Part shown: positions 13,704-27,720 of the stretch, in pieces | Position numbering within the stretch: position 1 is the stretch's first letter | Layout: every line of letters begins with the position of its first letter | NCBI GenBank assembly: GCA_002633005.1 | Contig: NMRA01000045.1 | Coordinates: 229,456-293,455 of the forward strand | DNA: 64,000 nucleotides | DNA from: Phoronis australis | Taxonomy: Eukaryota > Animalia > Phoronida | Direction: 5' to 3' | The notes under the pieces: model-generated | Told to the model about the DNA's origin: nothing | Database searches by the model: none | The model's input: only the letters and a program-made list of their open reading frames with translations | Translations under genes and position numbers: made by a program

Positions 13704-14983
13704 GGCTGCAATTTAAAAGGAAGAGCTGAAGGAGATAACAAAACAGCCATGTACAGAATTCAACTCCCCTCCTGCAGAAAAAAAAACACTTTTGTATGAT
13801 TGGCATAGCTTTCAAAAGGTTAAGAACATTTCTGAACCCGAGTCGGACAAGTAAAAAAAAACAAAATATTGCACACTACTTGGCTTGTGAAATTTTTGTT
13901 TTCTGCGACAATGGAAAAAATACACCCTGGACAGAATCTTGATATTTTTCACGCAATTCGAAGCTTTTGTACACAGTTTACACATTATTTTAATAGCAAA
14001 TACCATAATTCTAATATTTTTGATTATTAATAATCCACAATTAAGAACGTAATCTACCAAATTAGACAATTTTGGCAACTAATCATTCGATGTTTTGTGA
14101 CATACATATTTACGTGGCACTCGGTTTTGAGAAACAATAAACATGGAGGGCAACAATTTAGTACGTTCAACTACGACTAAAATGGAGGCATGATATAATT
14201 CAGAAGAAAACTCTGGCGGTTCACAGATCATTTTTAAAAGTCCTTCATTATTTTGAAATAGTAAAAAGGAATCTGTTATTTTGCAAAATATAACTAAATA
14301 ATTTTATGTTTGCACAAACAGATTTCACTGGAAATGGAATACCAGGTTCTCTGTAACTCACAGTGTTACACAGACATCAGAATGCTAAATAACATCACAT
14401 CTTGATGATAAACAGTGAACAATAGCAACAAGAGCCCATTGGATGAGCAGCACTCTGAGTAAAACAACATATTAATCAGAGAGTCATTGTGGTATTTCGG
14501 GATGAGGGTGCCAATGAACAATAAGCCAGTAGGAAAGGATTGTTCAATGTATTAACCTTATTTGTATTTGTTGGGTAATCATGATTTTTGGATTCCATTA
14601 AAAATCGCCAGGTTTTATACTTTTCCTCATTATTCAACAAAACGAAAATCTAGAGCTTGAAATGAAACAATATGATGAAACTATATTTTGCAACACTGCT
14701 AAATAGCAGTTGCAGACACTCCACAGATGGCAGATGGGACACTCCACTAAAAATAGTCAGGTTATATGCATCTCTTCTTTTAAAAAAATGGAATTGCATA
14801 TGCACAGAAAAACACTGGGCAAATGGTGAACTGTGACATGTACTTGGAGGTTTGAGTCTTAAATGCAATGTTGAGAAGGAAATGACAGAAATCTTTCAAG
14901 TACTGGGTAGCACTAGACAGTTGATTACCTGATAGGACCAGCAGGAGTTTCTATATGACTTCAACCACATAACATGACACAAT

Positions 14984-15860
14984 TATATATAGATTATTAC
15001 TTGGCGAAGTCGTTATCCCCCGTTATCTAGAGCCTGAGTGGATTTTGGAGAATTATCACCCTCGGGGCTAATGCCCCCTCGGGTGATAATTCAACAAAAT
15101 CCATGAGGGCTCTAGATAAGGAGGATAACAACTGAGAACATGTAATAATCTATTTATACCACATACTGAACGAGAAATATTGCAATGAATCGATCTACCT
15201 TTTTCGACTCGCCTCGGCTTTGTAACTACTTTCTATGTCAGAGGCCCGAAGTCGGAGGTCGTGACATTTTACGAAAAGACGAGATATTTTTGTCAAATAA
15301 TGCTTTAACTCAAAATCAATGGAAATATAAAACAAAATAGAAATAAAGTGAATCTATAAATTAAGGTTTAGCAACTATTATAGCTTACTACACATTTTAT
15401 CACGCTAAGCTTCGACTGGGAAAATATTGTCTGCTAAAGTAGGTTACCACTAGTAACTGACTATAATGCTCAAGTCAAAGGATCCCGACGACACGATACC
15501 TGCATTCAAATTGGATATCGGTGATTTAGAAGTGAGAGAACACGAGAGAAAAATTTCACTGAATTAAAATGTCGTTTTTATGGAAATTATGCGTCTTATT
15601 TTTCATAGCGTATAAATGTCAGTGCAATGCCCTTTGCTGAAAATGCGATTGTTGGGCGTGCTCATTTAAGTATTCTATTTTCACGTTCGATGACGTCAGC
15701 CGCTGAGTGGTGTAGTGGTGAAGTCGGCGCCTCGCAACTCTTGAGGCCCGGGTTCGAATCCGGACTCGGTTTCCCGCCAAATTGTAATCTCACTAGTGAG
15801 ATAACTTTATGGGTTATTACACGGTTGTATCTGCCATTCGAGGCTAATATTGTGGTATAA
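14984..15860. mobile_element. Unclassified non-autonomous element: ~175-bp hairpin followed by a body bounded by TTATACCACA...TGTGGTATAA
   Basis: Nested inverted arms at 14984-15158 around a GGGGC-TAAT-GCCCC apex; 10-bp inverted pair at 15154-15163 and 15851-15860. Confidence 0.65.
15701..15772 (+). other. tRNA-like Pol III cassette (consensus A and B boxes; not a canonical tRNA)
   Basis: TGGTGTAGTGG at 15708, GGTTCGAATCC at 15751, acceptor-like pairing GCTGAG/CTCGGT; D and anticodon arms are non-canonical. Confidence 0.65.
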
Positions 15861-18800
15861 TGGAACAGTATCCTGGTTTCTGCAGCTACTATAAGGCAGT
15901 ATTTCAGTATTCCCACACAACAATGTATCGTTTGACCAGGGCATACAAGGCCTCAGTTGTAGTTTGCGGAAATGTTTGACAGACTGCTCAATTGTACGAG
16001 CTACAAAATTTGAAATGTGTAGAAAAGGAGGGTATTAGCGCTTAACTTTGTATCTTCAATGATGTTAATGATATTTATAAGGAATTTTGGTGCACATGTT
16101 TTCAACCATAGTTTTCCGCATTCTCAAGGTGCATACACTAGCTACCTAAATATACGTGTTGGATAATAGAGAGCGCTGCCTTAGCTTTTGCTTGGCAACT
16201 TGCCTTGTGTAACAAATTCTTTGAACTGCAGGTCTGTTGATTTCAAGTTGGAAGGTCATAGGTGGTCAGGGTGGTCAGCATGGCTGTCTGGCTCAGGTTA
16301 CGAACCCATGGGTAAGAGACCACTGTCAATTTCTTAGATTTTGCAATTTCATCACTCAAGTTAAGTCCCTCTCCCAATTTCTAAGCTCGTGCCATCCCAA
16401 ATGTTTATAACAATTCCAAATTCTATGAGTAAACAGACACAAGACTTTTAATAACCAGTTAGAGAAATGACTTCGTAAGTTTGGACATCTTCTCATTCCA
16501 CAAAAACTTAGGAAATGATTTTGGCACCTTCAGATTAAAAAGAGGGAATTTTGCTTACCTGTTCCTTTTGGATGATCGTATTTCCATAACATGAAACACT
16601 ATTAATTATACTAACATTTCTAGGATGCCAAATTATATTTAACAAATGCTTTAATTCGTCCACACAGCTCCTTGTTTTTGGAAAATGTTCACAGTATGTT
16701 CAAGTTTTTTACTTTTGAGAACATTCATTGTTTTTTTTTTATGCAGAAATGCACTAAGATAGCCTAAAATCTAGTTCATTTTTCCAATTTATTGCTAAAT
16801 TAAAAACGCAATAAGCTAGAACAGTGAAAACCTAATTGTCAAATTTCTTGCAAAAAAAATAACGCTTATTACCTTAACGTAAGTATAGCTCTACCACAGT
16901 TGTTATCAAACAAAAATTGACTTCCTCACATTTATACTGAACAGATAACATCAAACAATACTCTTACTCTTCAGTTGCTAATTCGCAGTGAGTCAGCCTA
17001 TGAAAAATTGAAAATTGTCAATTTCAGCAATTTTGGGAGCCAAAAAATATCATATTTAATATTTTGGTTGCAGTGACAATTTCCACCGTTTTAAAAAATA
17101 ACTTTGATTACACCCAGCACACCCACAATACCATATCAACCCTCATTAACTGTAGACAAGTTGAGCTTCATAAATAGCTAATCATGCCAGACATGAAGTC
17201 AACAGACACTTGCATCATAATTTCCCCTGACAGGAAATTGGCACCCATCATCATGACAGTTATTGTAGATCAACATCAGGGGCATTTATTCAACTGCAAA
17301 AAATGTACAATTGTCTCTCTCTCTCTTTCTGTAACTGCAGCTGGTTCCAACAGCCAAACCAGCACACCATGGATGCCAGACCAAACCAGGCAACAAAGTG
17401 GAACACACTAATGCCATACAGCATAATAGAATACCCGTTATTATTAATAAACCCATGTAAGATAACCCGTATAATGTCACGATTATTTATTGCTACATTC
17501 CCGATATTGTCATTAAAAATCGTCCGCTCATAAGCAATATGTACCTTCGCTTTCCATCTACAAACTAACCTAATTCAAATTCAATTCATTTGCTTTTTTG
17601 GATCTCGCCGCTGGGGTGGGGAAGTGAAGAATGCTGTTTTTTCTTAAGCTCTTTCACTCTAACACTCACCATTAACATGGTCACCTTATAAAAATCATTG
17701 CGATTGCTTATACAAGTCGAACCAGTTCAATAGAATATTTCGCTTGTTATTATAATTTCCGTCCACAGCAAGAGTATGACATTAGGCGAACTCCACTGTA
17801 TTTGAGATTACCAGTAGAAAGTGTTGTAAATAATCACTGCTCACAGGACATAGACTAGCTAATGGCTTAATATTAGAAGTTGTTGGTCATTCGAGTGAAT
17901 TTTGATCAGAAAGCGGCAATATACCCCGCAATATACCCCGACCACACATGTGTATCAGAGGGGCAGTATAAAATTAGCCATTATGTTCTGCAGAATACGC
18001 TGAATCTATCCAAAAATGAAAAGGCATTGTACAGGTCTGAAACTCATGTTAACCCGTCTGCAGCTTTATAAGAACATGTAGATCTGTCAAATTTCACAAA
18101 GATCACTTAAGAGTTCACTTAAGGAAATACAACAGTGCATGCAAATTAACACCACTGTGGGTTGTCACAGTTGTTGGACCGGTCCAAAAATCAACATCTG
18201 CCATCATCTCATCTGTAACACAACCTTTATAAGACAAATAATCACAAAATTAAATGAGAAACATGGCATGAATAAACCCAATGGAATATGGATTAAAACT
18301 GATTTTAAATCAGTAAGTTCACACTTTAAATACATGTCACCACCCTCACCTAAGTGAATGTGTATTCATCATCGGAATGTTTGACCTACAAGGAAATTTA
18401 CCCAGCTAAAAAAATAAAATGGTTCCCAAGTGGTTTCCTAATAACATTGATCAAGCAAGGCTAGTTTTGCTTTGCCAACATCTGATACTAAATCAAGACT
18501 GAATACCATGACTGAAATCACTGTTTAGACAAGGATGGATGAAATAATCATATCTGCTGTGCCTGGCTAATGAAACAACCTTCTACAGACTGAATTAGGG
18601 ACTTAATTATCCAAGATTAAATGCGTGTTAATAGGGCATTGAACAGGAAAATGCTACATAGGACAAGCGTATTCTGTTCTTGTGAAACTAAATTGCTATC
18701 AATCTAGGTACATTCAGGCTTAGCAAAAATAATAGGCTTAGAAAGTGCTTGGATTTTCAATTCAATACTTGCACCAATTCGCCATTATGCTTGAAAATGA

Positions 18801-21800
18801 GGTGTTTTTTGTCCAATCTATAAATGGTTTTGCATATTTGGAAGTACACGAGCTTTTGCATTTGCATCATTAAAATTGATGATAAAACATGACATTGTGT
18901 CCTAAACAACAATACACAATAATCATTTTTGCAGTGTCACCAAAGTTTGCAAGTACGTAGTAATGTACCGGTAGTCTACAGCTTATGGAAGGGGATCAAG
19001 TTAGCAGTGAAAAACAATATACAAAATGGTATTTAAAATATATATCATATACTAACACCAAGAATTTCTCAACTGCTCAAAAGGCACCAATAGTCAATTT
19101 ACTGTATAATGGCGACATATAACATTACTAATGTCTCGATGGTGAAAAAGTACATGGTTGACAACTTTCAGCACCATCTACAGTTTACTCTGGTGATTTA
19201 GATGGAGATTTAGGCAAATGTGATTTCACAGCATTTTTATACATTCTTTGTCATCTCTGTATTGTTAACCAATACCACTGAGATGTTGTGGACTACTTAA
19301 ATAGAACGACTCAAAATGTCCACGTGTTTTGGTCAATCCAATTTGACAGTTGCGTCCAAACATAAGTCATGGTCACGCTGTCACAATGCAAAGGATTATG
19401 TCGCACATTTCCCAATTACTAAATTCCCCAATGTTTCTGTTAGTCACTCAGCTACTAGTAATAGTATATGAACAGGGTCAGAGCTCAACATTAAGGCAAG
19501 TCCAACTACACCAAACAACCCATTTTAACACCTGGACAAGTACTAGACCACTCGCCAGACAGGAAACTGTTTAAACTTCGTCTACACTGCAACTGCGCCC
19601 CAGCAAAGTTGTGTGAGAAACAGTTCACACATTCGAAAAGAAAATTTGAAACAAATTCATTGCGTCAACATTTTCAACAAGTTTGTTTGGGGCTCGCCAT
19701 ATGTCAGGGTCAAGCGAATGTAAAACTATATTCATCTGTCCAAGTATGATCTTATACCTTAAGTATCTTGAACAAGTGTTTTTTGTATTGGGTAATAATC
19801 GGATACAACGTGCCCACATTTTGAGAACCAGAGTTTGATGCCCGTTTTTTAGTGGAGAAAACTGGTTCTCTGAATGCAGGCACAACATATTTAACTATTC
19901 CCTTTGTCTCTACTACATCTTTATTTAAACCAACAAAACGGCAACATGTATCATGCCAGTACAAAAAACATTTGATGTCAATTACAGACTGTAAACATTT
20001 TCAAATTTATAACAAATTGTATTACATTTAACACCCTTTTAACAGGAATCTTAAAGGTAAATAAGGCAATACTTGGTGGTGAAAAAGTTCAACACATCCC
20101 ACATGCATATTTACACATTTTGTCAGAGCGAAATAAACATTGGCGACAACAATTCCAGAAATCCATTGTTCTGTCCAAAGTAAAAAGTTTCAAGATACAC
20201 TAAATATGATGTATGATATGACAAAGTTCACTGCAGTGTTGACGGGTACTAACCTGTGGAGTCAGTGCACATGAGGTTTCCACCACATCCCATAATTTTT
20301 TGAAATTAAGAATGTTGTTTTAAAAAACAAATTAAAACCTGCAGTTGGTTGTATAAGGACAAGTGAATTAAATGTCATGCAAGTCCGATAGGACAAGTTA
20401 CAAAAGTGGACTTCAATCCATGATTTTCAAATATATGAAAGAATTAAACAATGAAACAAATTATTTAATTTGAGTTTTTTAGTTACAATGATAAAGTTGG
20501 TAAAAACCTTGTAAGCATATTTTTTCTGAGCCTTACACCGTCTGTTTGTAAGTATGTGTGCTAAGGTCATGGCCAGTCCATCTGACCATGCAACATTCAA
20601 TGAGGTCAGTGGCAGTCTAACATTGGCAAACTTCTCACATAAGGCTGTTGATTGATTCAGGAAGAAGAACAAACAACACTCTCTCATTAGCTCATGAGAG
20701 CCCATATGACCTGGCACAAGATTACAACATCCGTGAGCCTACATTTTCAAACCAGAAACATACATGCGAAGACAACAAGGATATATACTAGAGCAATATT
20801 AAGTAAAAACCGGAAGTAGAACATAATGGACAACAAATTATAGTTTCTCCCAATAATGAGTCTGTTGACACCATGATATACAATGAATTCCAGTACAATG
20901 CCTCAAAGCATGCAGTTTGGTTGGAAACACCCCTCTGGAGACAGGCCTACGTGCATTTCCAAAATTATGCCATGTGCATTTTCAAAATCCAAACTGTTGA
21001 CAATAAAACACCTTTATCAATCCTTCATGTTGACATTTTCACAGACACACAAATTCTCAGGGACTAAAACATAATACACAAACCTACTTAGGCTACTTGT
21101 TTTCATTCAGTCACAAGCAATGCCCAATAGGCACCTTTTCCTGTAAGCATTGTCTAGAGTAATGAGAGTGAGAGCGCGGCTTACACTTGATCCCAACTCA
21201 GATTTGGTGAACAGAAATTCACTTAGTACAAATAGTGGTTCATTTATTCAAAAACAAAGGAAAAGATCACATTGTCAACCGTCCCCATTGATCAGGTTAA
21301 ATTTGTTAATTTATTTTAGTTTTTTAACGTCTGCAGGGATAACACTTCTCCCGCTTCATCAGTCACAGCCACCGAATATGCAGCCGCGGAATCTTAATCG
21401 CAGTGGGAAATGTATGGGACAGGAAGTCCTTCAACCATGTCCGTTTCAAGAGAATTGTCTTTTTCTGCACATCAGTGCAAATTTGCCGGCATTATGATAG
21501 CAGGAAAGGTTTAAAACACTTATCACTAGTTTGAAACCTCCCATCTGCATTACATGGGATCTGTAGGTGGCGCTGAGTGCCTGTCCACCAAAGACACGAT
21601 CACTGTTTAGGAGGATAGTAAATTTCAATATTCCGCAACTTTTTCAAAAATCGCCTTAACTGTCAGTTCTTCCAAAGCATAGAAACTCCTTACATCCCAG
21701 TTGTAAGGAAAGTAGAGCTTGAAAATACGTTGAAAATGGCAAGAAGTGTTCATTTAAAATTGTTGGAAGTTATGATTTTCATGACAAGTCTCCGTATACA

Positions 21801-24800
21801 GCCAAATATATACAAAACTATAGACTTTAACTTCAGATTTTTACATGTTTATGACAAACATAATCAGGCAAGTAATCAAAGTGGTAGTAGATCATATCAT
21901 TCATAGTTTACGGATCAACACTTCTTGCAAATTATTTGATCACTTAAGTAAGATGGCAGCACCCACAATGAAACACAAACATCAGCCTTCCTTCCACTGC
22001 TGGACAGGTGAGTATTGTCTGCAAATTGAGTTGTCATCAAGACTAATAGTAACCATGTGATCCGGCTAAACTGACAAACTGGCAGTCTAACTACATGTCT
22101 CGAACATAGATGACAATAGTCTATGTACGTAACTGATGTGATTTGCCAATAAGAATCGTTTAATCCAACTTACGAAACTGACACTGAGTTAGAAACTGAC
22201 AACTACAGAACTAATGCCTGTTGTCATATGGATAACACCCTGTATAATTTCTGTTTGGATTTATTTGCACATGTGCTTTTGACATTCAGTGTGGCTATAA
22301 ATTATGGTTGTAAGCATAGATGAAGATGAGGGCTTTTGTGCAAAGCAGTGGATCAAAGGGTCAACTAAGAGTTGATGACATTTGCCTGGAAGTGCAACTC
22401 AGTTTTTTCAATTCCAGAACTAAAAACAATGTTTACCACTGATGCTGTATATTAAAAATGGATTATCAATACAGTTGAATAATTACAACTTAGGTTTGTC
22501 GAAGTTGGACGTTATCCCCTTACTTATGAAATATTCGTTGTCAACAGAGGGACTTCGGTTCAGAAAATTCACTGCAAATACCATTATGGTATAAATTTAC
22601 ACAACAATTTGCATGTTTTTTATGTCGACTGGATGTCACAAAATATAAGCGTTTATAATTTAATAAATTTCTGCCAACATTATAGTAATTAACTAACTTA
22701 AATTAATCATGATTATGATAAATCTTCACTTATTGAGCCCCGGTATTGCACGTAGAATTCTATTTTGTCAATTTTCTCCCCAAAAAGATTAAGAAAACTT
22801 TATTCTATTAACAGCATAGTTTGCACTATACAAATGCCATTAAACAACTTCTGGTAAAATATCCATAATTTACAGTAACATAACCAGCCTTAAAAAAAAT
22901 GACAATTTTGCAAGACGCTTTTGTCCAAAATAAGTAGAGAATTAAGAAATTAATTCTAAAATATGCAAGGAAATTCTTCAAATGATCTCCTATTCCTTCA
23001 ATTTTCTAGAAGACATCAATGGAGTCCACAAGTAGCAGCTGACTGTAGAAGTACCTTCTTTGTTAGGTAACAGAGGAATGCATTCAACACTTCATACTTG
23101 TTGTCACAATCACCCACAGGATGGAGTTGTGTACACTCATCCATAATGTTCTTACTCCTACAGTCAATTGGTGCTTGTCACTGATAGGCACAAATCAGCT
23201 GTACAGTGTTCAAGTCTGAGTCATAACAACACTGCATAAATAACACTGGTTTTAAAAATCTAAACAATTAGCCAATGAGTTATTTACCATATACTGCTAT
23301 ACCAAATAGATTACAATCACTGGACTCGCAAACAACAAATTGTCTGCAAGAAACACTTCAAAGCTGCTTTGAACCCATCTCTAAGGTGCAGTTTATAATT
23401 TTCCTGTCACTCATGGGCTTTTGCAGGTTTGTGTTAAATTTCTAATCAGTCTTTGCCCAGATTATAAATGATTTCAGGGTTTGGGACAAACTATCACTTC
23501 CTCAACGACTGAGGTCACGTTCGGTGCAAGCAAAAAATACTGGATCAAGCCATCTTATTAAGCCTATGGTTGAGCTCTACACAGTAGTAACTTCTTCCAA
23601 TTTCCAAAGTCCAGAAATGACTCAGAAATGAACAATTCAAGATATATTTCATAAGCGTAAGTGGCCTGAATCAAAGGTCATTATTTTGACAAAAGACAGG
23701 TTTGCGTTTTAAGTAAATTTCAAATTGTACATAGATGCTACAAAAATAGAGAATTTCTACAAAAATAGTGAATATTGTTAAAGCACTATGTAGCAGTATT
23801 TGTAAACATCTATGTGTTTTCTTCATGTTCAGTGTCGCCCACTCAATTTTTGCTAGCTAGTATATCACCAATGCAAGAGTCTTTTGGCAACAAGCATGAG
23901 AATGGAATGAAACTGGATAGCGTAATTTTTCAGTTGAAAATTTGTTTACTAAATAGAAATCACGTTTCCAGTAACAGAATCATTTTTAACAGCAGTGTGA
24001 CATGCAGGCACAAACAGAACTATGGTTAAAAATTCTCCAATTTGAATAGTGAAAAATTAGTTCAATTCATTAAAGCTTGTACCAAATATTGGTCGTCTCA
24101 AATTCAAGAATTACGAGACGGATTTTGCGTTGGCAGCTATTTTCCACGATTTTATTTTTTGACTTTGTTGATTAAAAATGCAGCAGGGTGCGATATTAAT
24201 GAGAAATGTGATGAACGATAAATTACTCATGCCCCCTAAGTTTCAGACAAGGAAATTCAATTTCGGCAAAAACTTCAGTGTCCCAAATTTTAGAGACTGT
24301 CCAACGGAAGAATGTTTACCATACCGGGTACCTAAAATCAACAATAACAGAAATGAGCAACAGCACTGATTTTTTTTTTCAGCAGCTGAGCCAAAATTAA
24401 AAGTTTCGAATCATGTTTAAAAATCTAGAGCCAATGTAAGAAAACCGACAATTTTTTCCACTTTGCATTTTACAGAAAAGACAAATGATTGAAATTGTAA
24501 ATCGAGTTTACGGTACTTAATCAAGAGTGTAGTTCTTTTCCAGAAAAGTGATGGTGTCATACACAACAAACTATATACGAAGTGTAACTCTAACTGTAAT
24601 TTGCTTTAAATTAAAACAAAGGAAGATTACAGCACAAAAACATGATACACTTATTACGCAAGGTTTCAGTTGGATTTTTGCCTACTCGTCTTGCGAGTGA
24701 GGCTTTTACATAGAGAGCAAGTCACGGTTCGATTTTTGTTCAAGGAAAACCTTGGAAATTACCATGACCTAAGACGTGCTCTCAGATGTCATTTGACTTG

Positions 24801-25745
24801 AAGTACTTTTTGACACAATTTGTCACAACATAAAACTTTAATACCGCTACATTCAGTGAACTTTACACAAATTTGTAATTAAAAACCCACAAGTTGGCTT
24901 TCCCAAATATTTTGATGGATTGACAGATTTCATTTTGAAAACTATCAACAAAATGCACTGAACTTGCAAATGTGACTAATTTTTTGAGTGACATTTGCAG
25001 GCAAAGGTAGGTGGTGTGGGGCAGCACGGGGAGATCTGAAGCTGTTCCACTTTTTTTCTGATTGGCCATATTTACAAGCAATTCTATGCATTCCGTGTAT
25101 AAGGTTTGACAACCTAGCCAAATTAATTTTGTCGTCATCACAAAAAATATTAAGATTTAAAATTTCAGCCTCTGACTGAAAAAATTCTGTCGTCAATGAA
25201 TGAGTTGGACACCTGAGCAGTAAAGAAAGACTGCTAACTACTAACCACAAGGCCCACTTTAATGCAATGGCCATCTCTGTGACAGCAAAAAAGTGTTTTA
25301 TAGAAGTTTTTTAATTATTTAGCACACAACATGGCCGATAATTGAAATTCTATTTTGCAAATTTCTCCACAAAAATAAAATTAAGAAAATCTTAGTCTAC
25401 TGCTACTTAGTAGCCCGTTTTGTATCGTGTAGATATCAGAAAACAACTTTTGGTAAATTTTCCATTATTTTCAGTAAAGTTACCAATCTTTGAAAAATGG
25501 TTATTTTTTAGCAAAATAAATGGAGTATTACTGCAAGATATAAAACTAATATAGTAGTATTTGAAAATGAATTGGTTGTATAGCTAAGGAGATGACCGAG
25601 CACAAAAGTTTAGAACTATGTTTTTAACTTAAAGAAATATCTAGGTTGGGGGTTGGTTAACTCCCAAGTCATTTTAAATGACTAAGACTAATTTCTGGCG
25701 GCGAGTGTGATGTACACTGCAGACGAGTAAAGCCTCTCCAAATAG

Positions 25746-26130
25746 CTGGCCAATCCAATTGCCTCTTGGCTAAATGGTTTGGTCGCTTGACTCACATGAT
25801 GAAGATCCTGAGTTCAAGTCTCAGTACTGATGGGTAACCAAGGTGAGATCAAAGACCCAGAGATGCACAACTCACTCCTCCCCAGGCAGGGCCAACATGG
25901 CAGACAAACCAAAATGGTGAGTATTGTTGAGGGCAAATTCCAGGAAGTGGCCCAGTACCACTGAAGGAAAATTATAGGATATTCTGAATAAAGCCAAGCG
26001 CCGATTGAGCAGCCCCCTCCCCCATAAAATAAAGTCCCTCCCAATCCCTCTGGCCAATGGGCATTTTTCTCTTAGTCAAACGGTTTGGCTGCTTGACCCG
26101 TAAACTGAAGATTCCGGGTTCAAGCCTCGT
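25746..26130 (+). repeat. Two tandem related tRNA-derived units (period ~304 bp)
   Basis: CTGGCCAAT..TGGCTAAATGG..GCTTGAC..TGAAGAT..AGTTCAAGTC (25746-25825) versus CTGGCCAAT..TAGTCAAACGG..GCTTGAC..TGAAGAT..GGTTCAAGCC (26050-26130). Confidence 0.7.
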
Positions 26131-26335
26131 TACTTCCTACTCGGACTCATACAGACCACACTGGTCAGTGGTGGATTTGTTGGAAGTGTCATTCATTGAC
26201 ATTTTCCAGAGACAAGAATCAAGTCACGATCCATGAATAAAAATGAAAAAGTCTACTCCTATCTCAAATTATTTGCCACTGACGAAGGAGCCACAATATT
26301 ACGTAGTTAACACATGCAGCCAATGGAAACCTTAC

Positions 26336-26471
26336 CTTAAGGCTAACGAAATAACAGAAGTAGCGAAAACATCTCCAACACTCCGAAGACAACAAAACCT
26401 TTGTCAGCGCTCAGCGAATTTCATCCCACTTGCGCGTATCTACTTCCGGATTCAGTGACATCTGGTGGTCA
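26336..26471 (-). promoter_or_regulatory. Putative TULP4 promoter and non-coding first exon
   Basis: Minus-strand donor AAG|GTAAGG at 26336/26335, local CpG enrichment, ETS motif CCGGAAGT (26442-26449) and a near-consensus CTCF-type motif (26453-26471). The link to TULP4 via a ~12.6-kb 5'UTR intron is inferred. Confidence 0.5.
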
Positions 26472-27007
26472 ATGTTGGGTCCGGACTCGGGAGCACTGAG
26501 TAGGACTAAGCGATTATCTTGCCACAGTACACGGCGAAACCTCAAGGTCGGGCCAAAATCATAGGTGCATTTAGGGGGTGGGGATCAAGGGCTGCTACGT
26601 CACGCATTTCATTTTTATTATTTCCACACGCTCTGCAGCATTCACTTAGTTATAAAAACATAGGAAACAAAATGAGTACAGCCTTTTAAAAATTTAACAA
26701 GGGGCATGCAGAGAGGATCTGAAGTTTTCCAAATAACTCAAAACCGAAGACGCCATGCAGCCCATGGGGGTCAATTGCGTAAAGAGTTTATTCAAACTAC
26801 GACCCATAACTGGGGTAAGATAGTACAAATCATACAATATTTCAACAAGTGCAACAATGCTTAAGAAATTTGGCAAACGGTAGAATACATCTGAGGCTAG
26901 CTTAAAACATATCGATTGGTTACAGCTTAATACTTCTGTCGTAAACAATTGACAACTACTCAGTGAAATGGAAACAAAATGAAGACAACAAAAATTTTGA
27001 CAGTATG

Positions 27008-27170
27008 CAGTGGCGGATTTAGAGGGGGGCCAAGGGGGCCATGCCCCCCCCCCCTAAATCTCTCCCAGATTCCATTTGGCGCTTCGGGGGTGCAAATGTC
27101 TGACGAGCAAAATCCTGGCTAATACTATGCCCTGCCCCTCCCCCAACTCAAAATCCTGGATCCGCTTCTG
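27008..27170. mobile_element. MITE, same terminal family as 11781-12768
   Basis: CAGTGGCGGATTTAG...CTGGATCCGCTTCTG; flanks GTATG/GTATA (5-bp TSD, one mismatch). Confidence 0.8.
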
Positions 27171-27443
27171 GTATAACGTGTAATCATTTATACTAGAATA
27201 GCTTGAATGCTTTCAAAATACAAGGAATCTTCTGAAGTACTTCAATATACATCAGCGTATCATGGCAAATCAGATAACTACAGACATGGTGGATCTTTGC
27301 AACGATTTCACATCGCAACATCACTGGTCGCGTTTATTGAACAATGCACCCGAGGTCATGTAACAATCAAAGGTACCCCCAGCGGATAAGTTTTATGCAA
27401 CCCAGCCGAAATATCATTTTCTCATGCTATTGATACGCACGGA

Positions 27444-27687
27444 TACGCCGTAAAATGTAACAATTTCGTAAAATCACGAACAAGTGGTATCTGACACGGC
27501 CGGGGAGTACTGGAGTATTTTTGGACGAGAGGTGTAGTCCTAAAAATTTGAATACCTTTTTGGGCGGCACTTTCGTATACCTCTTCTATTAGGAATTTTT
27601 ATTAGTATTACAACACTATTACTACTGATAATACAATTACTGATATTACTACTATCACTGCAATGATTCGTTATCGTTTTCGTTATA

Positions 27688-27720
<33 letters not shown>

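Noticed and set aside
15701-15772. Functional tRNA gene
   Set aside because: The boxes are consensus, but the D arm, anticodon arm and T stem do not form a canonical cloverleaf, and it lies inside a repeat-like element.
11633-18015. Shared ~23-bp word CAGAATAYGCTGAATCTRTCCAAAA at about 11631 and 17991
   Set aside because: Too short to define an element; probably fragments of a dispersed repeat.
21150-21628. 115-aa ORF and mildly CpG-rich patch in the TULP4 5' intron
   Set aside because: No recognisable protein features or supported exon structure; it may be regulatory but the sequence alone does not show it.
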